Under the pieces are notes generated by a model. It was given only the letters and a program-made list of their open reading frames with translations. It was not told where the DNA came from and ran no database searches. DNA of 64,000 nucleotides from Camelus ferus (lineage: Eukaryota): contig NC_045697.1 in the NCBI RefSeq assembly GCF_009834535.1, forward strand, positions 70,930,001 through 70,994,000. The letters run 5' to 3'. Shown here in pieces: positions 1-12,263 of this stretch. How positions within the stretch are numbered: position 1 is the stretch's first letter; each line of letters opens with the position of its first letter. The translations under genes were made by a program, and so were the position numbers.

Positions 1-3000
1 GAGTGGCTGAGACCCATCCACAGGTGACATGGATCATGATGGGCGTGGGGAACGGCATTGCAAGCATGGAACGCTGGCGTCACAGGAGTCTGAATCAGGA
101 AGAGAAAAGGAATTTGTCTGCCACTGTGTTTTTGACAAAACAGTCTCCTGTAGTTTTAAAAAACTACTCTTTTAAAAGCATGCTTAAAGATTGGTATTAA
201 GAAAATAAAAGTGTGTTTATTTAGAGTCTTGGAATGCAGTCATGTTAGAATACAAATTCTTGGTCTCTATCCCACCACAATATCCTAGTTCACAAGTTAA
301 CTTCATGAAGGAAGAGGGTGGCCTACAGCTGCCTTGGATTATTTGACCCAAAGTGTAATGGATTTATTATAAATCCAAGCTAAAGAAGGCTACTATACTG
401 AGTTTCTCTCTTTTTCTTTGAAGGCTCTCTCTATTTTAAACAAATATAACTTAATATTAATCAGATCAAACTATAATTCATTGACAAGCAATTGAGGCAC
501 ATGAGGTGTATCTTTGTTTACAGAGTCCTTCATTTCATGAGATATTTGTTATGTCTGTCATTTTTAAATTGTATTGACCTTCCGCTATACAAACTGCAGT
601 TAGTGAGAGGAAGCTCAATATTGTATTTGATGAAATTCCTCAAAGATCTCAGCCTTTCAGTAGATGTAAAACAGGAGATTGTTCCTTCTCCCAAATCATT
701 TCATTATTTTTAAAATTTTTATTAGACTCTTATCCAAGCAACGTTAATATTCTTTTAGGAGGAGTAGTTTGACATTTTAAAGCAGCACTGCTTTTTAATT
801 ATTGGTGTGCAAATAAAGATTCTTTCATTAAATGATTTTTCCCAGTACAGGTAGTACAGCTCAGCAATTTTCCAACTTTTTCTCTAAATATGAAAATAAA
901 TTCTCTAAATATGAGAAGTTTCAACTCAGTTATCTCATGAAGATAAGTGAAACCCAGGTAGCTTCTAGAAGTCTTTATAATTCATTGTTTACTACAGATA
1001 CACAATTCACCCTTCGTTCTCTCAACATTTTTCTTGCTTGTCAGACTGCAATATTTCTCTGTACTTCAACACTTAAGCTGCATTCACTCATTCCGAAGGC
1101 CAGAAATCCTGGCTTTTTACTCTGGTCTTATTCACACACCGATTGCTCTGTAAGAAAGGTCGCAAAAGAGATATACACACAGTGGTGCAGTACACAGAAT
1201 GATGTTTGAAGTATAAAAAGAAAAGATTAGGACTTTAATATTTAAACAGGCTTCCTCCAATAATGGAAGTAGGGCACTCTTGTGAAAACGAGGTAAGTCT
1301 CATTAGCCTAAGTAAAGATGCAGTTGCCTTCGGACATGTCTTGCTAACGAAGGCACAAAATAAATTAAGATAAAGCACAGATGCTCGCAGTCATAGTTCA
1401 AAGCTGGGGCAGTCTGATGCTAAGACGCTGAGTGCAGTTTCCGGGAAAGGAGCTGTGTGGTACTGTTCTCGCTGCCTCTAGGACGGCTCCTGCAAAACCA
1501 ACACTGAGTGCTATTTTTGCTTTTTTGCATCTTTTCCTAAAAGCAAAAATTCTCTTCGAATTTCTTTCAGTTAACGAAAACAAGTACAAATACAGGTCTT
1601 TTGTAAAAGTGGGGTAAAGCAAAATTTCAAAAAGCAGGGGATACTTGTGTTTAGTTTTATTTCTAAAATAACAAGTAGCACACATGTGACAGCCCCCTCG
1701 CTCAGTCCAGAGGACAGTTCAGAAATCAGCAGTGTTACGGGGTGAGGATGACAGGGGTGCTGTCTCATGTTCCGCAGCCAGTGCTCAGGCAAGGGCATTT
1801 ACCCATCATGCCTAGCTTCAACTCAGCTAACCCTCACACAGTAGAGGAGTGCTTTACAAAGATTCTTGCAAAGCAACAGTTGATTGAAGAAAATGCTAAT
1901 GTAAGAAACTTCTCTCATATGAAACACATCTTTACAGGTTTTTAGCAATATTTAAAATCATGCAATGCTCAATCTAGTAATTTATAAATATCCACTAACC
2001 ATAATGATAGACCTTTAAATGTATCTTTTGAGGTTTCATGCTTACTGTCAAAGCATGAAAATCTTCATATTCTGTTGTGGCAAAAATGACCAAAACAATG
2101 TAAATAAATCAATATGATGATAAATCAGTATTCACCCCATTATTAGTAAATGCTAATTAAAGATACAGAGAAATATAAAGATTAAAAAAAAAAAAAACAA
2201 GAATTAGAACCAATTGAGCAGTTAGACAGTTCAGTCACACCACTGATGTTTCTACTATTCTCAGAGTATGGTATTTGCTAGATTCTCTTCCAATGACAGA
2301 ATACACATAAAACTACAATTTGTGAGCCACTAAAGACAGATGTACTCCAGAAAATATTTTCTCAACAGTAAGTGACATTTTTATATCATCATAATTTATG
2401 GATCAAAAAAAAATACTGTATAAACTTTGGGATTCTAAAAAGAATTCTGCAAGAAGGTCAAAGAAATAGCCGAACAACTGTAATTCAGTCACTGTATCAT
2501 TCATGGACAAGCCATTGCAAGAATGAAATGAAGCCAAAAATGCACAAAGTGCCACGATCTCATTCATCCAGTTAAGTTTGTTCATTTTCAATGATACCTT
2601 TCAATCTTCACAATAGATGCAATGAGGTATGCGATGCTTATGAAAACTCTTTTTTCCACAGGTTTACTTGTTATCAAGTGACAAAGCACGTAGAGTTGCA
2701 GCAGTTCAACACAACATATTTTTTGTCTTTAGAAAGGAAAAAAAAATAGTGTTCCAAATTTGCTTCCCTTCTGTGACACAGGGAGGCTGTTGATATAATG
2801 CAGATAATCTAAAACAAACCTGTGTAAGCTGTTCTTTACAGGTAAAGTTGACATTTTTACAATAAATGAGAAAGTAGCTGTTTTAAGAAAGGAAACCAAG
2901 CTATGTAGAGAACATTTGAAATGGATATTTGGAATTATTTCCCTTATTATTTCTTTTGCTGAAAACAAAGTGTCACATTAAAACTCCCTCTACACTCTTT

Positions 3001-3399
3001 TAAAACTTGTTAACAGAATCTTCCAAATGAAGTTCTGAAAGGTTTTGAACCCATTTGTTAAAAAGATTTTAAATGAAACACCTCCTCCAATTAACTTGCA
3101 AGAACAACTGATTTACATCTGGGAGACAGAAATGTACTACAAGAATTTTTGTAAACAACAAAATTTTGCAAAAACGAAACAAAGCAAAACCACAGAATTT
3201 TGAGTGGAAGCTTTTGATTTAGTAAGGATAGCCGACATTCATCACTTCCATTTGCGTTTATGGTTTTTTCCCACAGTAACATTTTTACCCGTGAAAGCCA
3301 TTGGAATAATTATCAAAATACAGTAAAATTTATTGTAATACATTTTAAATAAACTAAACCCAGTAATCACTTTCCTATATCAAAATGGGTTAAACCAAA

Positions 3400-3650
3400 A
3401 CTTTTTTTTTAATAGAGAAGGATATTCATTCACATTGCTTTCAAAATAGTGCCTTTGGCACCATTAATAAGAGAGATTATTTAAAAATTAATATTTATTC
3501 TATCTTTATATTTGAAATACATTTTGATATGTCTTACAATGTATAAACTAATATTTGTACATGATATATAAATATACATATGTTGTGGGTAAAAGCTTAA
3601 ACATGTTTACTGATGAGGGTCTGAAATTTAAAAATTGCGATGACCTCTAA
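3400..3650 (+). mobile_element. hAT-Charlie (Charlie4-like) 3' terminal fragment
   Basis: tatacatatgttgtgggtaaaagcttaaacatgtttactgatgagggtctg...aaaaattgcgatgacc resembles the Charlie4 right end (TATACATATATTGGGGG...TTTACTGATAGGGGTG...AAAAAGTTTGGAGACCACTG); very diverged. Confidence 0.4.
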
Positions 3651-4024
3651 CTGTCCTTTCCAGGGAAGGCTCCTGTTTTGGGTTCCATTTCGGATGTTCA
3701 TGCTCTTGACCAGCAGGTGTCAATATCTGGAAGTGTGGCTGCATTCTTCCTGCAGGCAGAATGGAGCTCTTACCTCCAACAGGAAAACCCCTCTGCTGGC
3801 TTAAGAAACACCGACCACTTGAGTTTGTTCCCTTGGAAAAAAAAACAGGAAGGATCTATTTTCACTGGGCAAAGGTGGCAACCTGGCAGTGCATTTATTG
3901 CTTTCATATTTATTACATGGATTTTAAGAAGGACAGAAGTCTCACTGGACTGCAGGAGATGTTCAGGAAAGGGGACACCAAAACACCTTGCCATGAAAGC
4001 ACCTGATTCCTGAGGTGGGCTGGG

Positions 4025-4112
4025 GGCAGTGGAACAAGCCTGTGCTGTGGAGCCAGAGACATCTGGTTTCCAATCCTCTCAGTAGTGACCTTGCATCGGA
4101 TGCCTTAGGCAA
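4025..4112 (+). mobile_element. MIR SINE 5' fragment
   Basis: gtggaacaagcc...ggagccagagacatctggttt...gtgaccttg resembles the MIR head and core. Confidence 0.5.
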
Positions 4113-4857
4113 CCAATCTGCAGCACATGAATAATTTTGATGAAGTCCAATTTTTTAAATATAAAACGAATTATGATTGAAGTATAAGATCACAAAGGTC
4201 ACAAAGATTTTTACCGTATGTTTTCCATGAGATGTATTTTAGTTTGTGGATTTACATTTAAGTTTATGATCTATTTTGAGTTACTTTTTATATATTATGT
4301 TAGCTGTGCATTGAAAAGTTTTTTTCTTTTTTGGTTTACGGATATCCAATTTTCTCAGCATCATTTTTTTGAAAAGATTAACTTTCCCCATAGAATGCCT
4401 TTGCACCTTTGTAAAACTCAATTGACCATATACCTGTGGGTCTATTTCGGGACTCTATTCTGTTCCAGTGATGTATTTGCCTATCTTCACACCAGTGGCA
4501 AATTGTCTTGATTACTATGGCAGTATAATAAGTCTTAGAATCCAATAATGTAAATCCTCCATGATTATGAACTCCATGACAAAAGACAGCTTTGTTTCTT
4601 CATGTCTAATATGAATGTCTTTCATTTCTTTTACTTGCCGTGATGGCTAGAATCTCCAAGGCAATGTTTTGGATGAGTGATGAGAGAAACATTCTTAGAA
4701 AGAAATACTCAGCAGCAGTCTTTCCCTCTTAATTAGGATGTTAGATGTAGACTTTTCTTAAAATGTCCTTTATCAGATTGAGAAAATTCTCTTCTATTTT
4801 ATTTTGATGAGATTTTGAATTTTAGCACTGCTTCTCCTGCATCAATTGAGATGATTT

Positions 4858-4906
4858 TGTGTGTGTGTGTGGATATGTGTTTGGGGGGTGTGTGTGAGTG
4901 TGTGTG
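4858..4906. repeat. Imperfect (TG)n microsatellite inside L1
   Basis: tgtgtgtgtgtgt...tgtgtgtgagtgtgtgtg. Confidence 0.85.
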
Positions 4907-7023
4907 TTTATCTGTTACTATGGTGAATTGCATAGATTTTCAAATGTTAAACTAAACTTGTATTTCTGGGATAAACTTTGCTTGGATTATAATGTATTAT
5001 CCTTGCTATTTACTGTTGATTTGATTTGCCAACATTTTGTTAAAATTTTTTTGCATCTTTAAGTACATTGTTTTTTACTTCTCTTGCAATGCATTTTTCT
5101 GGTTTTGATATCAAGATAATTATGAACTCCATAGAATGAATTAGAAAATATTACTTCTTTTTCAGTTTTCTGAAAGAAGACTTGTATAATTGGTATTCTT
5201 TTTTTCCTTAAATGTTTAGTAGGATTCATCATTGAAGACACTTTGGTTTGGAGGTTTTTAACTTAAATTTCAAATTATTAAGTAGACATGGGGATATTTG
5301 TATTCCATATTTGTTTCACAGTAAACCTTGGTAGTTTTAATAGTTTTATGTCTTTTAAGGAATTTATCCATTTTATCTAAGTTGTAGAATATATTGATGT
5401 AAAGTTGTTCATTTGATTTCCAATTTTCCACCAAATATCTGTAATACTCATGTGATGTCACCTCTCTTATTTATGATATTGGTGATTTATGTGGTTTTTT
5501 ACTTGCCTGCTTCGTTTGGCTAAAGGTTAATCAATTTTATGGACCTTCTCCAAGAGTCCGATTTTGGTTTCATGGATTTTCTCATTTGTCTTTGTTTTCT
5601 ACTTCATTGGTTTCTACTCTGATTTTTAGTATTTCCTTTCTTCTGCTTACTTTGGGTTCCGTTGGTTTCTCTTCTCTTACTACTTTTTTGAGATGGAAAC
5701 TAAGGTTATTTATTTGAGAAGTTTTTTTAATGTAAGTATTTTGTTCTAAAAATTTCCCACTCAGCAATGCTGTATTGCAAATATATTGCTATGTTCTGTT
5801 TTAATTTTCACTCCACTCAAAATGCTCCAATTACCATTTGGGTCTTTCTTTGAACTACAGTTGATTTATAATTGTTTTACTTCATCTTCAGATATTTGGG
5901 GGATTTTCAGATGTCTTTCTATTGTTGATTTCATATTAATTCCATTGTGGTCAAAGAAAATACTTGGCATGACTTATATTCTTTTAACTCTTCTGAAACT
6001 TGTTTTATGCCTCCGATATGACCTATCTTGGTAAATAGTCCCTGTGCACTTGAAAAAGAATGCATATTCTGTCGTTGCTGAGAGGAGTGTTTTATAGATG
6101 TCAATTGGGTTACGAAGATTGACAATGTTGTTCAAGTCGCTTGTATCCTTACTGATTTTCTCTCTACTCATTCTGTCAATTATTGGGAGAGGACTGTAGA
6201 AATCTCTGATTATCACTGTGGCTGTGTCTATTATTTCTATTTGCAATTCTACCAGATTGTGCTTCATGGATTTTAAAATTCTTTTATTAGATGTATAAGC
6301 ACTTAAGATTATTAGATCTTCTTGCTAAATTGACCCCTTTATTGCTATGAAATGAGCTTCTTTATCATTGGTTATGTCACTTTCTCTGAAATCTACTTTG
6401 ATATTAATGCATTGTGAATTCATTCAGCATTGTTATATCTAAAGTGTCATATTTTACCTTCATTTCTAAAAGAGATTTTCCTGGGGTACAGAATTCTAGG
6501 TTAATAGTTCTGTTCTTTCATTACTTTAAAGATCTTGCGCCACTGTCTTCTGATTTGAATTATTTCTGATGAGAAATCTGTTGTGATGCTTGTTTTTTCT
6601 TCCTCTACATAATTTAATCCAACCCCCCATTCCTCTAACTGCTTTTAAAGTTTTGTCTATATCATTAGTTTTGAGCAATTTAATTATGATGTGCCTTGGT
6701 AACTTTTACCTGCATTTCTTTTCTTGTTTTAGGGGGAGATGAGGGGAGCTTGAGGTGTGGGGAGTTTTTACCCTTGTTTTTCAGCTTCATAGACTTGCGG
6801 GTTTATAGTTTTCATCAATTATGGAAGTTTGCAGCCATTGTTTTTTCAAATACCTTTTCTGTTCCTCATCTTTGGGAATTCCAATTACATGTATATTATT
6901 CTACTTGAAGTTGTTCATCTTATTTTTCAGTGCTTTATTTTGGACAGTTTCTATTTCTGTTTCTTCAAGTTCCCTAATCTTTTCCTCAGTAAAGCCTAAT
7001 ATTCCATTAATGGCGTCAGGATA

Positions 7024-7672
7024 CAGTCAATCCTCATTATTAGTGGATTCTGTATTTGCAAATTTACCTACTCACTGAGGTTTATTTGTAAGCTTGAAAT
7101 CAATACTCACTTGGACATGAGCAGAGCAGCAAAAAAAAAACCAAACAAATGAAAAAATTGAGTTCCCTGGCACTTATGTTCCCAGGTGAGTCAAATGTGG
7201 AAACCCTCTGCCTTCTTGTTTCAGCTCTCACACTGTAAACTAGTGTCCTTTTTCCAGTATATTTAATTTAACATCATGCTTTTTATACTTTTGCACTTTG
7301 TGTTGGTGATTTCACTGTTCAAAATGGCCCCCAAACACAGTGCTGAATTTCTGTCTAATGTATCTAAGCACAAGAAGGTTGTGGTGTGACTTGCAGAGAA
7401 AACACGCTAAATGAACTTTGTTCAGGCATGAGAGATGGTGCTCTTGTCCTTGAGTTCAACATCAATGGATCGACAATGTATATTAAGTAGGGTGTCTTTA
7501 AGCAAAAACACACATAAAGTAAGATGATATAGTGATTGGTGATGAAAATTTTACAACCAGAGGCTCATAGGAGTCTAATCCAATGTATCCCTTGGTAGCA
7601 ATTGTTCAGCATTCACTTATTCAGTGTTCATGACAACTTTATGGACCCTAACTACCAAAATAACATCAACTG
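7024..7672 (-). mobile_element. MER82 (TcMar-Tigger MITE), near full length, nested in L1
   Basis: Starts TA|CAGTCAATCCTCATTAT and ends CATCAACTG. Internal blocks ctctgccttcttgtttcagctctc, aaaatggccccc and ttcaggcatgag match the MER82 consensus in reverse. Confidence 0.85.
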
Positions 7673-9144
7673 AATTATTCATCCCAGCCATAGCTTTACC
7701 TATGTGAAGTGTTCATCTCTAATATTTAATTTGGGAATTTTTTTATGTCTTCCATTTCTTGATTTAATAGGTTTAATCTTTCTCCTAACTTCTTGAACAT
7801 ATGTAATACAGTTGTAATAAAATTTTAATTTTTTTCTACTAATTCCATCATCTGTGTCATTTCTGGGTCAATTACTATTGATTAATTTTTCTCCTTATTA
7901 TGAATTATATTTGCCTGCTTCCTTATGTATCTGGAATTTTTAAAATAAATATTAGACATTATGAATTTTACCTGTTCAGGTGGTTGATATATTTGTATTT
8001 CCATATGTTCTTCATTCTGAGATCCAGTTAAGTCACAAATATATCAGCCAATTTGATCCTTCAGAGTCTTGTTTTAAAGTTTTCCCTAACATAGCTTAAA
8101 AGTTTAAAAGCAGGACTTGAGAGGATCAAACTGCTTCCAAATAAGTTAACAGCATCCCAGAACAAAGTTCAATAGTATCTGTGGCATATTGTAAATTTTA
8201 CAAAGTTTTGGTTAATTTTATCTCACTATGAAAACAAATCTCCAGAGTTTTCTATCTGTGTAGCTCTTCTTTTCTGGTATTCTGATCTGCAAATTCTAGC
8301 TATTTTTGGCCTCCCTGGTTTCCAGTCTTATCTTCTCAACTTAGGGAGACTGATAGCTCTGCCTGAGGTCCCTTCCCTTTGCTATGACCCAGAAGGTGCC
8401 TCAGATTAGTGAGGTGCAGGACTCACAGTGCTCATTCCGTTTGTGTCTTGTCACTCAGGAATCACTGTGCTTTTGTTGGTGTCATCCAATGCCTGTAAAA
8501 CTGCTCTTTGGTATGTATTATTGAGTTTTTCATTTTATCTGGTGTGAGGGTAAATCAGGTCCTTGTTATTCTATTTTTGCCATCTTTACATATATTTTCA
8601 GTTCTGAAGAATTTAATTTAATTCCACATTTCTTGATCAAACAGGCTCATCTACAAGCCTACAGGAGTTAAGTAAGTGAAAAAACTATGGGCTTACTTTT
8701 TTTCTGGATTGCAGATTACAACGAATATACATGATCCAGCATTGGTCAGCAAATGCGAATACTCAGATAATAGTATTCTTCACCAAGCCTTTGGTGTCAA
8801 CATAAGCAAGGTTCAAAGCTAACACTGTAAAGGGTACGATAACCCCTGCTCTCTAAGGAGTTCAATAAAAAGATTCACTTTACAACATCACTATTCAAAC
8901 TTAGCTAACTGCAAGTTGAACAATCAACTAGTCTAGTTCCTGGTCTTACAAGTTAGGAAGGTGAGACTCATGATGTTAAGTGACCAGAGTACCACAGCTG
9001 GTTATCGGCACAGCTGCGAAAGAATCTCGGTGCTAATTTCCAATGTGAGTGATTTCTCGTTCCACAGAAACGCTCTTTTCACTCTCATTACTTTTGTGTT
9101 GTCTACTAGTGGGCTGCACATCCACCTGGGTGAGATGCCGAATA

Positions 9145-9640
9145 TATTTGTCAGGGTCCCAACAGGAAGCGGATAGAATTAAAAAGTGTTTAGAGAACTA
9201 AAAGAGTTTGATTACAGAGAGTCTAATAAAGAAGCTATTTACAAGAGGTGTAGACAAGGTTAAGAAAACCAGCAGGATGTAGTGACTGCAATTGTGGAAA
9301 TTCCATAACACCTCTAGGGCTATGGGGCTGGGGGAAAAAAAAAAGTTCTACAGCAAAAGCTACAGCCACAGAAGACAAGCCACACAATAGCTCCTCAGCA
9401 CCCGCGGATGTGGAGGAACGCAGCCACTTCCCGTGAAGGCGACATCGGGAGAATACGTACCCGACTTTTTTCTCTGTTCAGTCTCCCATCTTGTCGATGT
9501 TTCCTGCTGGTCAAACCCGACAGAAGCCCGAGGGTCGAGGAGTCCATGCAGGCCAGAGGGGGCACAGTGGGGCACAGAGCAGAGCAGAGAGCAACCAGAC
9601 AGGTGATCTGGAAGAGCAAGGAAAAGAAATACTGCGCCAA
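9145..9640 (-). mobile_element. LTR33 (ERVL) solo LTR
   Basis: gtcagggtcccaacaggaagc...aataaagaagctatttacaag...ggggcacagagcag...gatctggaagagcaa is the reverse complement of the LTR33 consensus. Confidence 0.8.
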
Positions 9641-11439
9641 ATTTTCTTTCATATACGCATTTAAAAAGAATTTATGGTCACAGAAATGTCAAGGAGATTG
9701 GAAATACCAATCAATCATTTGGGGACTTAAAGCTGTCCCAGAAACCATCTCAACTTTAAATATTTTCATAAGCCGTTTACCTTAGTTCTCCCTTTACAAT
9801 TTTTTTATCAGAAAAGAAACGTCTATGTCAGTAATTTTTCATTAAGAAAATATAGCTAATGAAGTAAAAATGACAACAGAGAGTCAATACGTATTTGTAT
9901 TCCTGAGAGCCCTAACATTTTTCTACATTCACCAGAAAGGACCTTTTAATTTATTAAAGAGCATCTTTCTTGATGGAATTGAAAATCGATTCTGAGTGTC
10001 ATGATTGAGCACTCAGAATGACTTACCTAAGTTTTATCATTCATATCTGAAAATGTCACTGTCATATTGGTTTGGAACCTCATCTTGAGGAAACGTAATC
10101 TGTAGACCTGTTTACTGTGTTTTAGATCCTAGAGGACTCATTTCATATCTCATAAACTAAGTGTTTTATTCAGTCTTTGACGTCATTTATTCTGATCAAA
10201 ACCAATTTGTGACATCAAGAAAGTTGTAGGGTAGGACTATTTACCTTTCCTACCTGTTCTCAGGAACACTTAAAACTTAGTATCAATCCTTTATTGTTTC
10301 AGATGACAGAGTAGTACCCTCGGGTTTTTCAAAATAAAGTTGTTGCAGAATTTTCACACAAACATCTCCTGTGTTAATTGCTTATCCCTTAGAGGCTTTT
10401 TAAATGGCAATTCCATGGTGAATTATGCTGGCAATAGAAAGGCGGTTCATTTATAAAGTTCATATAAATGATGCATTGGGAAAGGGGTTTTTGTTCTGGT
10501 TGATAAAAGTTAATCAAATGCAAGATGGCATAGAGCAATTCAGCATAAATCTTCCACAGAGCGCTGCTTACGCCTCCCGTCTCCCAGGTAGGGAGAACAT
10601 TTATCTGACTATTTCTAAACTGTCCCTATAAATCTTTGATTAAGAGAACCAGATCAAAGTCGCTGACTAATGACTTGTTTTCCAGAACTCTGCTGGTAAA
10701 TATATTATAAAGGACATCTCAACTCTTCAATAGCCTGAAAGCAGAGACATTTAAAACTTAAGTGAGAACCACAAATGAGTCAAAGGGGGAACAGGGAAAG
10801 AACTGGCCTTATATGCAGTTTTCTCTTACCAGAGAACTTGTCACAAAACAATGGGAGAGAAACAGAGCAAGTTCATGTTCTACAACACCTTCAAACCACT
10901 AGATTTCTGTTCTGTTAAGACCGAGGTTGAATATCAGATTCACCAATTTTGGTGCTTAGAAGCTCAATGGCAAAAAGAAAAAAAATCTATCATTATGAAT
11001 TTCAGATACTGTATAAGGTCTGAGACTAAACACTGATTTCAAAAGGAACTTTCTCTTCCTCCACTTATAATCCTCAATGATAGAGGTAGCTTAACTAAAA
11101 AGGAGCAAATGACTCTCATTCGAGGACAGTAATGTCTGCCTCTACAAACCAGCTTGTGCCTCAGACAAGCTGACCTTGGCCATGCTTCAGTGCCAGGCCA
11201 TGTGACCCAACTTTTTCATGTTTTAAAAATGGCTCAATGAGTGTTTGGACATAATGTGTGCCCTTTCATATGTGACCATATGAAATGAACTATGCCCATG
11301 GTGTTTGGAGAAAAATTAAGATGTCTATTTCTTAGCATTTTTTTAAGATTAGCAACCTATGTGACTACTGCTTATCACGATGCCTGGCAATCAAGACCTT
11401 TTATCTCCTCCAAATATTCTAAGTGCATTTGTTTATTAC

Positions 11440-11668
11440 AGTAGCTGACACTTACTGAGTATATTCTATGTGCTTAGGATTTCTCATCTAAGATCTTGTA
11501 GGCTCCACACCACAAGTCTTTGGGCTAGCTACCACTCACTCTATTGGCGAGTAAACCAAGAATCAGAGGGTTGAGTACACTGATTGAGGTCATACTATCT
11601 GTAAGTGACTGGTCCAGGAACTGAACCTAGTTTTGTCTCAATTTGAAACCCAAGTTCTTTCCACTGCT
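11440..11668 (-). mobile_element. MIR SINE
   Basis: tagctgacacttactgag...cagagggttgagta...gaggtcatac...gtaagtgactgg...tgaacctag...ctttccactg is MIR in antisense. Confidence 0.75.
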
Positions 11669-12105
11669 TCTTTCTTATTAAGCTGCTAAAGGTACTAGGT
11701 GTTAGGATTTCTGATTCTGCAAGTAACAAAGCGCATTCATTAAAAACTCTCAGCTAGAAGACTAAAATTTAGGGAGATCAATCAAACGTCTGTTTTAAAA
11801 GCTTGAAAGTTTCATAAAGATTTTAATAACCCCTCAGCCCATCCACTTTTCCCCCCTCAGTCTGATGAAACAGACTGTGTGCAATTACAAATCCCTAATT
11901 TGTGAAGTCAGACAAGATGGTCCCAGAATGTAACTCAAGGTCACACAAGGGTGTTCTTACCCAGGGCACAGTTCCACCCAACCATTGCAATTGCTTGTTT
12001 GTTTAATGTGAAAGTAAAAGTTAACAAAACATTAAATTCTCTCAGGATCCATTTCACTTTTTAAAGCCATTCTTCTTTGCATGTAATTTACTCAATTTAA
12101 AAACT

Positions 12106-12263
12106 GTTCCTACTGCATAGCACAAGGAACTATATTCAATACTTTGTAATAGCCTACAATGAAAAAGAATGTGAAAAGGAATGTATAACTGAATCACTAT
12201 GCTGTACACCAGAAATTAACAATATTTTAAACTGACTATACTTCAATTTAAAAAAAAAAAAAA
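12106..12263 (+). mobile_element. Cetartiodactyl (camelid-type) L1 3' tail with poly(A), 5'-truncated
   Basis: ctactgcatagcacaaggaactatattcaata...taactgaatcactatgctgtacaccagaaattaac...gactatacttcaat followed by a poly(A) run. Confidence 0.85.

Larger units (their letters stand above)
4130..8585 (-). mobile_element. Old L1 (L1MC/L1MD-like): 5'UTR, ORF1 and internally deleted ORF2, interrupted by MER82
   Basis: Minus-strand ORF-track peptides match L1 ORF2 endonuclease and downstream regions (IIRDFYSPLPIIDRMSREKISKDTSDLN, YAFFFKCTGTIYQDRSY, LSFHLKK...PKVSRRKEILKIRVETNE). Ends in the L1M 5'-end motif gagggtaaatcaggtccttgtta. Confidence 0.9.

Noticed and set aside
880..915. Short tandem duplications (ttctctaaatatga twice; similar cases near 14448, 15398 and 24900)
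   Set aside because: Ordinary slippage duplications.
1439..1447. Isolated STAT site TTCCGGGAA, and scattered AP-1 TGASTCA sites elsewhere in the window
   Set aside because: Counts are near chance for 64 kb and the sites are not clustered.
8714..8822. Plus-strand acceptor followed by a ~35-codon open frame
   Set aside because: No good donor and no recognisable peptide.
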